Origin: Macrostomum lignano
Taxonomy: Eukaryota
Length of the DNA: 64,000 bases
Reading direction: 5' to 3'
Assembly (NCBI GenBank): GCA_002269645.1
Contig: NIVC01000884.1
Coordinates: 62,001-126,000, forward strand
Numbering within the stretch: the stretch's first letter is position 1; each line of letters starts with the position of its first letter. The notes below the pieces were generated by a model. The model ran no database searches, was not told the origin of the DNA, and saw only the letters and a list, made by a program, of their open reading frames with translations. This document shows, in pieces, positions 1-45,252 of this stretch. The position numbers and the translations under genes were made by a program.

Positions 1-1417
1 AAGGCTATTTTCTCCAATAACACCAGTGGGTGGGGGCAGGAGTGCAATGGCAAATAGCGGGCTTTGGGTCTGGCCCTGGGCTTCATTGGCTCAACGCACA
101 TACACGCGCACTCAACTGAAGGAGGAAACCCCCATACACAAGCGCACACGATTCCCCCCATAAGCGATTTGAGTTAAATTTTTCTGGGAACCTTTCCCAC
201 TGACACTGCAGAGCCTGAAGCAAATAAGGGGACAAGTTGAAGCAAATTTGTCACCGTTATTCAGTGAAAGTCGGTCTCCCGACTCAGTCTGTTGGTTATA
301 TTCCGATCTTACAGACTTGGATTGCATGATTGCGGAACCTTTTATATTCTTCTCAAAGATATCGTATTATTATTTTCCAAGTCAAATTCGATACATTTAG
401 ACAGCACAGCAAGTAAAAAATCTGATTTGTTAGTCTTTCACGCGTTCAAAGAAGACTGAAAGAAGCCAACAACAGAGAGAGGAGCAAGCTGTGTTGAGCA
501 ATGGGTAAGTAATTAATAAAATCAAACAATTTGGCTCGTAATAATATAGATAAATTATTTACCCGAAATGCGAAAAGTACATGATACTGATAAATTTGAT
601 AGATGTTTATAACTATAACTATAACTATAGTATAAGGAGAAGATACGAGGATATTCGAATTCATGAAAAATGGAAGGATTCGTTCCATCTCTACATATCA
701 AGATCCAATCGATACCACGGGCAATGGCACAAATATAATTAATCAGTAGGCTAATATTACTATACAGAATCTCCAGCTTCTTAATTGTCATAAAGCTAGC
801 TTAGAAATTCAATTTTAGCAACAGTTTAGTTGAGTAAACAGCGAGAGTAACTATAACTGCCAGTTGATAGCCAAGTGCTTCGTCATCTAATTAGTACGCA
901 CTATATACTGTACCAAATTGCCAGTTAAAATAAAGTCACCTGGCTTTGAGGTTGAATACGCAAACTAAGCAAGCGCATAGTTAGAGTTGAAATATGCAGC
1001 TACGGATGATGTACTTGCTGTCTGTCTGCTCCTGCCCTGTGTGTGTGGCTCTCTCCCTTGCTGCCTAAATATAATATGTATAAACAGTATATATCTGATA
1101 TAATTACAAACACAAATGCCCACACAGAGATACGTCACGTGACTCCATAGCAAATTGCTAGAACGCAAGTTGTTGTTAATGGAAAGCATTTGCCTGTATG
1201 CGTGTATAAATGTTGTGTTTATCTGTTCAGCCACGGGGTCTAGTTGATAAAAATCAACGAAGTTTCAGAGGAACCACAGTCAGACCCTGTATAATAGCAC
1301 ACTGTCACCGTATGACCATCATATGAAATTACAATTATAAAATTAATTGTCAGTAATCAGGATTTACAATGTGCGGATTATTATCTTAATCTTATCTTTT
1401 CTTGATTTTTTATCTTT

Positions 1418-1578
1418 CCCCTTCTCAGATCCCGGATCCTCTGGAACCCCTTCTCAAATCCCAATAACCCGATTTCCCTTCTCAAATCCCAATAACCTGA
1501 TTCCCCTTCTCAAATCCCAATAACCCGATTCCCCTTCTCAGATCCCAATAACCTGATTCCCCTTCTCAGATCCCAATC
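1418..1578. repeat. 28-bp minisatellite (cccttctcaaatcccaataacccgattc)
   Basis: About 5 tandem units. Confidence 0.9.
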
Positions 1579-1723
1579 CCTCTTTTCGATCAGAATCCCC
1601 ACCAGGGCCCAGGCCTTATACGTCATACGATATCCCTATCAAAGCAATTTATAGTGCTAATTAAATTAGCAAAAATATTCCAGACTACTGTAAGGCAGCT
1701 CTTCGTCGACAGCTGACATCGGC

Positions 1724-20657
<18,934 letters not shown>

Positions 20658-21575
20658 ACATCCTCATGGACAGCTCTGAATGTTGATGACTGAGGCTTAT
20701 TCATGCTTGAGATTCGCTCGCATTTATAACAGACCGCATCCTCACCAGCCTACTCGCAGTAGAGTAAGCAGAATTTCCAAGGCAATAATTATTTATTTAT
20801 ATTAATAGTTGAATTGTATTATTACTGTAGGCTTCCGACTTTTACTCCAGACTGTACGCCCGCGTCTGGTTTAAACTTTTTATCGATTTTATGTGAAATG
20901 TGCGCTTTTCTGAAGTTATCAATTCAATTATTAGCAAGCCTATCCACAGATACTAAAATAACTTGATGGGCCACTCAGGCATATCTACTTAGCAAAACAG
21001 CTTTCTACTTTCAGTTCAGTAGCAAAGAATAATACATAAGCTATTTTGTAATGATAAAGGCAGCTGAGAAAACTTTGATAAGTTTAGAAGCCCAGAGCTT
21101 GCAGGCATAAACAACTTGCTAATTGGTTCAGCAATAATGTACATTAGCCAGTCCACTGAAATGTATATGGCAGCTTTAGGCTGCGGTTAAATATTGGATA
21201 TTAATTCACTTACCGCACCCCCCCCATGCAGCTCTGTGCATCTCAGCGCCATTCCGTCGCAATTGGAATCTCTGTAATTTTGCTTGAAACTGTGCTGTCA
21301 CGGATTCAGACCTCAGTGAACTGTTCAATGCGACAGGTGCATTCAGTAGCTGACCCGCCATCTTTGGTCACCTGATCTTTTTTAGCGCTAAATAATCTAT
21401 ACAAACTGCGTTTGATAATTATAACAGTTAATTGTGTTTTTCTTGCTTGTGCTTTGCTTCGTTTTGCCATTGATTTTTGCTTGCAGCGCCAAAACTACTG
21501 ATGTTGAAGCTGGTTGGCGCGCTGGGGAGCCTCGCTTGCTGTCCGCTGTGATGTGCTTTCTCACTGGCTGTTGGT

Positions 21576-21822
21576 GCAGTCTGTCTGCCTGTCTGCCTGT
21601 CTGTCTGTCTGCCTGTCTGTCTGTCTGCCTGCCTGTCTGTCTGTCTGCCTGTCAGTCTGTCTGTCTGCCTGTCTGTCTGCCTGTCTGTCTGTCTGTCTGC
21701 CTGCCAGCCTGTCTGCCTGTCTACCTGCCTGTCTGTCTGTCTGTCTGCCTGTCTGCCTGCCAGCCTGTCTGCCTGTCTGCCTGCCTGCTTGTCTGTCTGT
21801 TTGGCTCCGTGTGTCTGTCTGC
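21576..21822. repeat. (CTGT/CTGC)n microsatellite
   Basis: Direct inspection. Confidence 0.9.
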
Positions 21823-22904
21823 CCACAATTCCCTATTCGCTAGCCAGTGCCATGTCAATGTTGTCTTACTGTCAGGTCAGTTAATTATGTACTCCAGTAC
21901 TCCAGTGACCACGAATAAATGCCGAGTAATACTCTACGAATACCAAATAATTTACTTATTTGTCTTTACTAATTAATAATTTCTAGCTAAACTGCACTAC
22001 TATGAGTGGCAAGTAGCGAATTCAACGTAATTAAGCATTAGGTAATTTAGAATAAAGATTGCGCTAGAGTTAAACTTAGTCATTACGTCAGCTGGGCAGC
22101 TCATGGATTTCGTCACTCGCAGACAGAGGAAATGTATACAGCGGTAACTTCTAGTGGTCCTTGAGAGTGGCACACAGACAGACCAAAGCAGACTGTGACA
22201 AGTGAATAATTGTGTAACTTTGAGAATTTCGCGGCTTCAAAAAACCACAACAACCGTGCCGTAGGCGCCTACATGAACATTGCTACTTATTAGCTAACTA
22301 GAAACTTCAACTCGGTAAGGCGGGTAGACCAAGCACTTGAGGCGAACCTCGACCGCGAGAACTGCACGGCGGTCTCGCGCCTCGTGCATTGCCACCCAGC
22401 TGAGCGTGTGTGACAGAGAGAGAAAGATCGTCCAACTAAAAGCAGAAGACAATAATTAGAGAGCCAAACCAAATAGGTGATGATGAGGTTCGCTAGACTT
22501 GTGCCTGTATGCACTTTATTGATATACTTGATGTGCCCACGCATTCTCAGGAAATTTGAAATTGAAAATTGCCTCTCATTGTTAAGCTCTTGAATTGCCA
22601 AGTTTGGGGGCACGTTGCATAGTCTTTGCATTTTGTAGTGCGATCTGAATGTAGCAGAAGTTTGTATGTCTTCAGTTTTTGCTTTGAATTTTTGTTTTTG
22701 AGTTCGCTTTTTTCAGTTCAGTGAGCGGCAGAGCCAGCAGCTAAAGCAAGGAAGCTGGATGATTATGAATTTATATTGCCCCTCCATTTTCAGCTTCACT
22801 TCTCACTTTGACAATCCAGTTTAGACCTACAAGATTGGTAATGTTTGTAAGATGGTATTTGAGGCTAAAGCTGGGGTTTAAAAGAGCAGACCAGTTTAGG
22901 GTTT

Positions 22905-23385
22905 AGCTGAGGGCTAGCTGAGGGCTAGCTTAGGGCTAGGGCTTAGTTTATTGCTAGCTTAGGGCTAGCTTAGGGCTAGCTTAGGGCTAGCTTAGGGCTA
23001 GCTTAGGGCTAGCTTAGGGCTAGCTTAGGGCTAGCTTAGGGCTAGCTTAGGGCTAGCTTAGGGCTAGCTTAGGGCTAGCTTAGGGCTAGCTTAGGGCTAG
23101 CTTAGGGCTTAGTTTATTGCTAGCTTAGGGCTAGCTTAGGGCTAGCTTAGGGTTTAGCTTAGGGCTAGCTTAGGGCTAGCTTAAGGCTAGCTTAGGGTAT
23201 AGCTTAGGGCTAGCTTAGGGCTAGCTTAGGGCTAGCTTAGGGCTAGCTTAGGGCTAGCTTAAGGCTAGCTTAGGGTTTAGCTTAGGGCTAGCTTAGGGCT
23301 AGCTTAGGGCTAGATTAGGGTTTAGCTTAGGGCTAGCTTAGGGCTAGCTTAGGGCTAGCTTAGGGCTAGCCTAGGGCTAGTGAGG
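22905..23385. repeat. (TTAGGGCTAGC)n telomere-like 11-mer satellite
   Basis: About 40 units, intergenic. Confidence 0.95.
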
Positions 23386-24251
23386 TTTAGCTCGGTCACA
23401 TAACTCAGTTAATTTGCACTTGTATTAAACCTGAAGCTCACAGCCAGTAGACAGGTGCTGCGCTAGGAGCAGCGGGCAAGCCTTTTAACGTAGAGGGCAG
23501 TTTTTTAACTGATTGTTTTCATCTGTTTTATGGTGCGGCAGCAGGTTGCTTCTCAGAATTGGCTCCCCCCCCCCAAAGAAAGCCAGTGTTTTTCAGTACA
23601 AAAGCGGTCTGGCAGTCTTACAAAAAGAGGGCATTCTTCGCCATTGTCTATCAGCACTGCAGGTTGAGACTCATAAAACTTCCGAAGGTTATTAAGATGC
23701 TGCTCAAGGCCCATGAGATGGCGCGATGTTTAATTTTGATATTGGACTGTCACTTTATATAATTTGTAATTTTCCAAAAATCGCTTTATAATGTAAATAA
23801 ATTGGTTTATTACGTGAGGAATTCCTCAGAGCCTTCGGCCAATAATTTTAAAGTACACTTGGCTGTCTAATAGCGGCAGGGAGTCCCCGACTGAGGATCT
23901 GGAGCGGCAATTGCCGCTGGTCTTCTTGTGTCTGTAAAAAACGGTTAATTTAAGTGATAGAAAGTTGTTAGAAATTTGCTCACCTGTATGACCAACTTTT
24001 AAGCCAGTTTAAATAGTTTTTAACTTACTTGCTGGGTTGAATTCATTCAAGGATAATATTAGTCTATGGTCGCAACCTCGGTCACCCCTGGGTTAGACCA
24101 CGGATTAATTCGTGCCCAGATTCTCAAATTGGTTGCTCCATAGACCCCCCTTTCGGGCCATAGACGATGAAAAGCAAGTCTTCAATAGCTTGATTTTCCC
24201 ACTAAGGATTAAATTGCTTGCTCCTAGGCTCAATTGGCTTGAAAAATGCTA

Positions 24252-24295
<44 letters not shown>

Positions 24296-25440
24296 TATTA
24301 TGGGTTAGACTGCTCTGTTCTCGATACTCAGAAGTCGTTGATGCAACGAACTGTCTATGGCTAAAACTCTTCCAGAAATTTCTCAAGTTTATATTGCTAG
24401 AAAACAATTAGAATAGTCTATGGTGGAGGGTGGGTGCTGGCCGGGTGTGAGCGTGTGGTCTCATTTATATCCGCCTGCTTGCTTAACAGTCGGGGGGGGG
24501 TCTTGAAGAGTTACCGCAGCACGCCCGAGACCCCTCTACGTACAGACTCACAAATTAAAAAAAAGATTGCAAATTACATTGTTTAAAGATTTCTGCCCAT
24601 TTATTTTTTGCTTTGATGAGAAATTTTATTGCTTGTGCCCTGTGCTAGCGCTCCGAGAAGTTTCTAGTCCAGACATCTATAGCTCGAGTAGTCCATGGGC
24701 TTGTCTGTTCAACAACTTACCTATGCACAGTGCAGATGACGACTTCATTCACCGAGAGAGAGAGCATGCAGACAATACCAGCTGCTGTGAGTCTCAGCCC
24801 CAACCCCCTGCCAGTCTGTGCCGCTCCTCTGCCGTCCCAATCCGAGTTGATATTTGCGGTCTCCGGCAAGCCAGCCTAAGTGAGAGTTGAGAGGGCAAAC
24901 CGACATTTATGTAAGCTGATTGCGCGTGTTGTCGCATGCGCTGCTTGAGTCTGCGCAACCCCGAGACTTAAAAATGTAAAACAATTATGGCACTTCGAAC
25001 TTTCCACCAATCAGATGCACTGAGCTGGCAATGGAGATGAGGCTGGATAGCAGTTGGATATCTACCTCTCTGCCCCCCCAACAGCCTCTCAGTCTGCTGG
25101 CGGGCCTACCGCCCACACACGGAAGAAGGAATAGCTGCGCTCGGGCACAGAAAAGCCGGAGCAACTCTCGCCCTAGTGTGTAATAAAACTCAGCCAAAAA
25201 CTCTTGTTCTTCATCGGAAGACTGTGTTCTTCATCGCCAAGCCCTCCTCACGGCCCACCCCCAGACGCCCCCGCGCTCGACCCACCCCAACGCCCCCGTG
25301 GCCGCTTCGGTCCTTATTAGCCAGCCAAACATCAAGTGGAGTCGCTCGCCAGCGCACAGTTTCGGTGTGTTCTTGCGCCGAATTTTCTAGGAAACGCACA
25401 AAACCACCGCAAGTTCCCCATTCTCGGTTTCACAACAGTC

Positions 25441-37543
<12,103 letters not shown>

Positions 37544-38995
37544 ACATTGGATCGATCAGCCAAAATTCTTTAGTTTTAAACTAATCGAATCGAACAAATC
37601 TAGAACAGGAAATTTTATTCTGGTAGAGTTTTTTGTTAATTATTTTGTCAAAATGTTGTCGAACTTAAGTTTAACATTTTAGTAAGAAAATCTATATAGC
37701 AAGCGGGGATATATACAGACTAATGTGCTGCCGGAAAATGCGTGGAAATTCCGTGCGGCACAGATCAGTCCCACAGTGTACTTAGGCTCCCTATGCTGTT
37801 TTACTATCGGGACGAACGGAATTTCCACTAGTTCCCAGGCTCCTGCATCACAGTTCCCAGTGTACAAATATTTCTGGCGATTCTACTCCCCTTGGCGGCA
37901 GATTTCACATTGTGAGAGATTCAATTTAGACTACTGAAACAAGTAGACGGAAGATTTGAATCGTAAAATCCAGGTCGATAGAGGGAATTGTAGGTCGATT
38001 AAAATAGGAAACGAAGCAAAAATTATAACACTACAATTTAAATGCGCATGTAGCTACTGTCCAAGGCTAATCTGGACAGTAGTAATATATGTTTTACAAT
38101 TTTTCGTTTCTTTCACAGCAGAGATGCTTCTACATCCCTTTTCACTTTCAATTTTTTTTCGAAGATTGTCTGCAATACAATATGACCGTGTAAAACACTT
38201 TTTAGCTAGAAATCTAATTCTTTTGTCATTCTATTTTAAACGGATCTGCTTTTCGTTTTATCTAAGTATTAAACTGTAATTTCATCTATATTTTGCACCT
38301 AAGCATCTAAGTTCTCACCTTAATAAGTTTTTGTTTAACTAAAGCTAGCTGTGAAACTTGCTTGTTTTAGCTTCATTTTTTCAATGGCTTTAATTTGTTT
38401 AAAACGCTGCGTTTGAGATTACCAGTTTAAAATTAATGGAAGATCCAGTGTTATGAAATCAAAAGTTGTCACTAACAATGGATGACTTTACATCTATCTT
38501 CTAAAGCAGTATTTTAGCCAAAGTTATTTATTTATTAACAAATTCTAACGACTTACCTCATCTACTTTGACCAAGCAATATATCAACTTATGAGTATGAC
38601 AAGCAGCTGTTCTCTTGTTGTCAAAGCAAGTTGCCTGCGTCTCTGCATGCTTTGAAATGGTCCACTGGAACTTACTCGAAATTGCCTATAATACGCCTCA
38701 AAAAGAAGATTTTGTAACCTTGCACGCCACAATATTCCAGAATTGTTGACAGACTTCAGAGCTGTATGTTAAATATCCTCTACTTGAAATATATTTCGTT
38801 TTATTAAATGTTTCTGTTATATTAGCTATCCTGTATGACTGTATCTCTCACCCTTTCACATTGTGATTAATAATATACTCTTACCTGTTTTATTACTGCC
38901 GTGATAAGCAGCCCGAAATAGGAGCTAAGATACAAAATGAAAGGTTTTTGCACGCAATTTAATCTTCAAGTAAAATTCGATATCGAAAATAATTA

Positions 38996-39167
38996 ATTGA
39001 ATATCTGGCAACAGGAGACTTGAGTCCTTGCTTTCAGATAGCGACTGGTCATTAGCGACTATTGGACTCCATTGGATTGTTATGGATTCTTGATTGGATA
39101 CGTGAAATAGAGACGGGCGGTAACACAGGTATGTATGAGCCCTGGGTAGGATAAATGTCAGGCAAAA
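38996..39167 (+). repeat. ~170-bp dispersed repeat, inverted copy 2
   Basis: Reverse complement of 35174-35345. Followed after ~50 nt by (ACAG)n. Confidence 0.85.
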
Positions 39168-39216
39168 AACAGGGGCACAAAAACAAAGAAAAAGGCTCTA
39201 GATGAAGAGAGGTATT

Positions 39217-39893
<677 letters not shown>

Positions 39894-40706
39894 CTAGGAA
39901 TTAGTGTATCCGATCGTACGCTATTATTATTGAAACAAAGAATTAAACATTTTCTGGAACATGAAGGCAGTTCACAGTCACAGCCCAGCCCAGAAGATAT
40001 GCTGCATGAATTTATTTTATAGTTTTACGGTTTCGTAACTCAAATCGCGTTCTATTTTTGCTACTCGCGTCACATGTAAGTTTAGCAGTCCACTTTATTT
40101 TTAGCGTCGTCGTTGGTCCGTGAATATGCAATGAGGACTTGAAACTCCAGCTAGAATTTGCAAACTGCATATTCTGTAATAAGTTCAGCATGAATTAAAA
40201 TGCTAGCCTCTTCAATTAAACCCGTCTTTTACGAATAGTTAGTTGTGAGTGAAATTGTCTCTCTACAAGAGATAATGCAAGCACAGCTTATCTGCAAGGG
40301 GTAAAGGCAGGGTTTCAAAGCTTTCTCCACGGAATTTCAATGGCCAATCCGGCGGCAAGCCCGTGAGAAAAACCACGGCCCACCCGTTCTTCACTGTACA
40401 TTCAGTTTATAATGTACATTCAGTTAGTCTGTACATTCTGTTTAGACTGTACACTCTATGATCCACCCCCGCAGTAAACTGGGGTAGAGATGCCAAACGC
40501 CTAGAAAGCCGACCCCAACTAATGTGCTAGCTCTATTTATACAAGAAAAGTTCTTGCCTAAAGCCCTCGCTAGTGCTTTTAGGTTTTAGTTCCTTGTAGA
40601 GCTCGAGCTGCAAAAGCAGTAGTCATGTGAGCAGAAAACCAAGTAAAATAACAGTTTAGAATACAAATAAAGGTAACAAGAAGGAAATTTTTTGGAAAGC
40701 TCAGTC

Positions 40707-43243
40707 ATGGATCTGTCGTCGGATGATTTGCTACTGCAGCTAACTAGACGATCCGACGATGGGCTGAAATTTCACTTGTCGCAGTCGCATCCGCGAGCCC
40801 TGCTGGAGAAGTCTGCCAGCTTCGATAGTCTAGTTCACGAACTATTTAACGACGCTTCCGAGCCAGAAGTTGCAACCGCGATGAACATCCAGCAGTGCTT
40901 TATCAACGATTCCAAGGTACAGTGAAGTCCTGGAAGTGTGTGCTTATGTACTTATTGCGAGCTTACATGTACTCACATGCATGTTTTGACACGAGCGTTT
41001 GGGTATATCACTCGTACAGACACAAAAAATCACTCAAGTCAATTCTGTTTGCGTAGCTTTACTCTCTCATGGGTACCAACGTATCGAAACCGAAGATAAG
41101 ATAAGTAACAATGTAATGCTTCAGTAATATTGGAAGACGCCAACCTGCTAAGAGCCTGAAAAGCAAGTTTTGATTTTAAAAACCAACTGGTGGTGCTGAC
41201 GAGCAGACAGTGTGACAAGCGGTTAGTTAGGGGGTTGTAGCCAAGTGGTTAGAGCGTCGGACTCACGATTTAAAGGTCGGGGGTTCGATTCTCGCCCACT
41301 CAGAACAATTATTTGTGTCATTGAGCAAGACACTTAAACCTGCATTACTTCAGTTCACCCAACTGTAAAATAAGTGCCAGCATTAGCTGGGGTAATTGAG
41401 GGTGTGTGGCGACCCCCCAGTCCTTGGACTGAACAGCCGTACGCAGCCTTCAGATGCGCCTTAATTAACTAATTAAAATGAATGAGCCATGAAAATTATA
41501 ATTCTGTGAAATAAACAAGACAACCGACACAATTATTGCTCTTTAGTCTGGCGAAGAAGCTTTAAAGTCGTGGCTGCCACCTCCGGGACGGTCCTCGCCG
41601 AAGTCCATGGACATTGATTCGCCGCCGCCGTCATCGTCAATCGTGTCGCAGCCGGTCAGCAGCGGCATGACCAACATGGCGCAGACGCTGGAGTACCCGG
41701 GCACTCTGCAGGTGACGCAGGAGCCTCGGCATCCAATTCCAGAACAGGGCGGGGTGCCCACGCTGCCCGTGTTCAAGGCCTGCCCGCCGCGGCAGCTGCC
41801 TCTGCTTGAGACTGTGGACCCCGATATTGTTGACGAGATCCTGTCCCCCCTATCGGCAACGTCCGGCACGGAGGTAACGCAGCCAGCACAGACGCCTCAA
41901 ATGGAGATGCAGACACAGCCTCAGCAGCAGTTGGAGTTGACGCCGCAGGAGCAGCCGTCTTTGAAACGACATTCGAAGGTGGCGAAAGTTAAGAGCGGCA
42001 GCGCCAAGAGTCGGGGCTCCTCGAGCTCTACAGAACGGGAGGACCTGAGTGAGAAAGTCGGTTACATTCAAAGAGCTGTTGGTAAGTCGGAAGAGAATTG
42101 ACGGATTTCTCACGGAATGGGAGAAGTGAGGACTTTACGCGACTATGGGAAAGCCACGATTCACAGCCACCATGAGGGCTCCCAAGGCACAACGAGTGTA
42201 CATGCCTCACGATTAGAAAGTCAGGGCCGCTGCGCACCCTGTGTGAGCGCGTGCCTGCGTACAGACAGTATTGGCGCGCTTGTATGCGCTATAACGCCTA
42301 AGGCGTTGCATCTATATATCAGGGTGTCCACAATCTATATACGTCTATTGTCAGAGGTTCAAAGTTTACGCTCATAAAGTTTGAGAAATGATCATTGGAA
42401 CCAGAAAAAATGCACAGTGCCATGGTAAACCCGTTTCAAATTGATCAATATTTTACAACGCAGCAAAAAAACACTCGCTTTTGCAGCAAATTACCACAAG
42501 AAAGGAGCCGCCGCTTGTAGCAATGGAAAAATCCAGGTGCACGAAGTTGTTTTGGCAATTTTGCAAGCCGGTAGTGAGCTAAACTTTAACAAAGTTTTGA
42601 GCTTCTGCACCGAGGACGGGACGGAAACTGACGAGGTCAGCGAAAACTTTGTGGCTCGCGACACGAGACTCATGGGTCTGATCTGGCAGAGCCTGAAGGG
42701 CAACAGGAACGGCAACTTTGACACATTTGCTCGAGCCATGCGGTGAGGAACAAAGTGTTTTTTTGTCTCCGATTTTAAGCTCAAAGTATATAGAGAATAA
42801 AATTTTCTAAAGCCAACTTAAATATTATAACGTATAATTCGAGTAATTAATGTTTAAATTGGTCTGCCTCTTGTCCTGTATCATTGACACCCAGGAAAGC
42901 CGATCTACAAAAGGCGCACAGAGTGTATTATTGTGTACATGCTTGACGAAGTTAGTGCCACTGCACAGTTTTTGCGAGCAATTAGTGCCTTAGGGGGCTA
43001 GCAGAATAAGCATATCTGCTCTTTCTGTGGGTAAACTGTCACCTTGAATTGCGGCTGCGAACTTAATTGATACCTTTCCATCAATCACAACTGCACGCTT
43101 TCAGTGTGGGCCGCGAACGCCAAAAGGACTACTTCGATTACCTATCCGGTGGAAAAGCGTCTAAGAAGCGAGTCTACAAGCTTGGCCCGAAAGCTCTGAA
43201 GGAGTACTCTCGTATGAGGAAAGTTTTTCAAGACAAATGGTAA
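40707..43243 (+). CDS. CIDE-N (CAD/DFF/Drep-type) domain-containing protein, 379 aa
   Basis: Exons 40707-40916, 41547-42081, 42487-42742, 43105-43243 are phase-consistent (1140 nt). HKKGAAACS...SFCTEDGTETDEVSENFVARDTRLMGL resembles the CIDE-N consensus RKGVAASS...LVLEEDGTxVDDEEYFxTLPDNTxLMxL. Confidence 0.65.
41230..41470 (+). mobile_element. tRNA-derived CORE-like SINE (intron 1 of the CIDE-N gene)
   Basis: A box tagccaagtgg and B box ggttcgattct, CORE-like body gagcaagacacttaaacc...cagtt...ctgtaaaat, and an AT-rich tail. Confidence 0.75.
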
Positions 43244-45252
43244 TATTCTACACGATCAATACTCGTGCATATACAACAATAGTAATCACGGTTTTTGCTG
43301 GTTTTTAGCTTGATAAATTACATTTTTTTTGTTCTGCACGTTTGTATTTCCCAGCCAGAATTTTCTTTATCGTAATTATTTTTTTCGATTCCTCAGAAAG
43401 ACGGATTGCCTCGAAATTCAGTTGACTCTCTGCTACTGTTGCTGCTTCTGTGAACTCTTCTTATTTGATATCAACTTGGATCACTGAAGGACTAATTCTA
43501 ACGTTGCATTCTGTATCAAGGTTTTTAAAGTCATCACTGCGTGTACTCACATCTACACTGTACACTCACATCATCCTCTCCCCGATGACTAAGAAGTTAT
43601 TTTAATCGACTCAAGTAGCTACCGATCAATTTTTAAAAAGAAAACAGCTAGATAGCCACAGGTAGTTTGTTTTTATTCAGCGACCAGCAGTATGTTTTTG
43701 ATGCTGGTTTTGCTATCCAATGTTTTAATGAGTATATAAGCTCTTTAATCAGTTTTTAAAAGTCAATTGTACGCGGCACTACCACTACACACTGAAAATA
43801 TGTACACACTGTACCTATACTTTCTAAGTTTCTATCGAAATTTGTTCGAAGAGGGCAAATATAGACTTCAGATACAATGTACGAAAATCGTGGTTCAAAT
43901 TAGATGTTTTGTTATCCGATTTGCTTTCTTACGAGTATTCGAACTATAGCTGCATGGTTTACATGTATTCATGTTCTGATTGGGGCCCTGACAGGTAAAT
44001 ATTTGTGGATACACCTGGGCATCTGCAACCAAGACAAATTACTGTATGTTTTAATGTTTTTTTCAAACGACCCAAAAACACACGTCTTTTGTATGCTGCT
44101 TTAATGCAGCTGTTATGAGCAACACGTACACTACATTACATAGCTGGTACTACAGTATTTCTGATTTTCAGTAGGCCAGATCTATATTTATCATTTACAT
44201 GTAGACGTTTCTTAAATTTTTGAAAATGTGTTATAATTCTAATAGTTCTTAAAGTTTGTGTTTTTTCTAATGCACTTGTAAAATTAATTAGCTTTAAAAC
44301 ATTTCCATTGCTTTACCATATCTGTCACTTATCGGCTGCAGCGGGCTGCTGCACACATTAAATGCCAAAGTATTCTAAGACAGTTAATTAAAGTACCTCG
44401 ATCGGCAACCAAAATAGTGACGATCGGGGTGCAAAATCGGTCGCAGGGTTCGAGAGAGCTGGGATGGAGAGATGTAAGTAATAATCATTGCACATGCAGT
44501 TGTAGTTATTGTAGCTATCAGCAAAAGTTTTCGCTCTTCATTAAGTAAAACAAACTAGATCTAACATTTCTTCAATAATGACCAAGTGTCGATTTAAGTA
44601 AGATTATAGAAAATGCCACGCATGTAGTAATATAAGAAAACTTAAAATTCAATAACCAATACGGCCAAATTACAATTTTATAAATTGAATTATAAGCTGA
44701 CTTCTGGCGAAAATTTAAAAATCAAAAAATTTCCTGTAATCCATCCACGCGGCCTCGCGGAGTAATTACTCTACTGCCAAAATTATTGATAGAATTAAGT
44801 TTGACATGAATAGAATGAGCCTATAGCATAGCTGAGTTAGATCAAATGTCCTAAACGATGTAAGCGATATGTGCTCTAGTTGTATTATGGACCCCATAAC
44901 CTAACCAATAAGTAACCCACTTTAAAATTGTATTTAAATATTCAACAAATTTAATTTAGATAGGCCTTTTCTAGGCTTTAGGATATCATTCAGTTTAACT
45001 CCTTGGCTAAATATAATAGGGCCTATAGCTGCTTAAAAAAGAAAAAAATGTTTTATACATTTAAATAGGCTAGGATTGGGCCTATGGGCTTTGTAACCCT
45101 TTAGGGGGAATTAGAGTTAGACATCTAGATATTCTAAAACATTTTAGTGCCAAATATGCATTAATTGCAATATATAAGGACGCCTCCACACTCTCAAATC
45201 TATTACACAGTAGGGCCCTACAGGAAAAAGTGACCCCCTACACCATAAAAGC

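Noticed and set aside
112-327. Minus-strand ORF or exon at the window start
   Set aside because: No recognisable motif, and it cannot be linked to other exons within the window.
41230-41300. Possible functional tRNA gene
   Set aside because: The acceptor stem does not close convincingly, and the sequence continues into a SINE body shared with 2634-2786.
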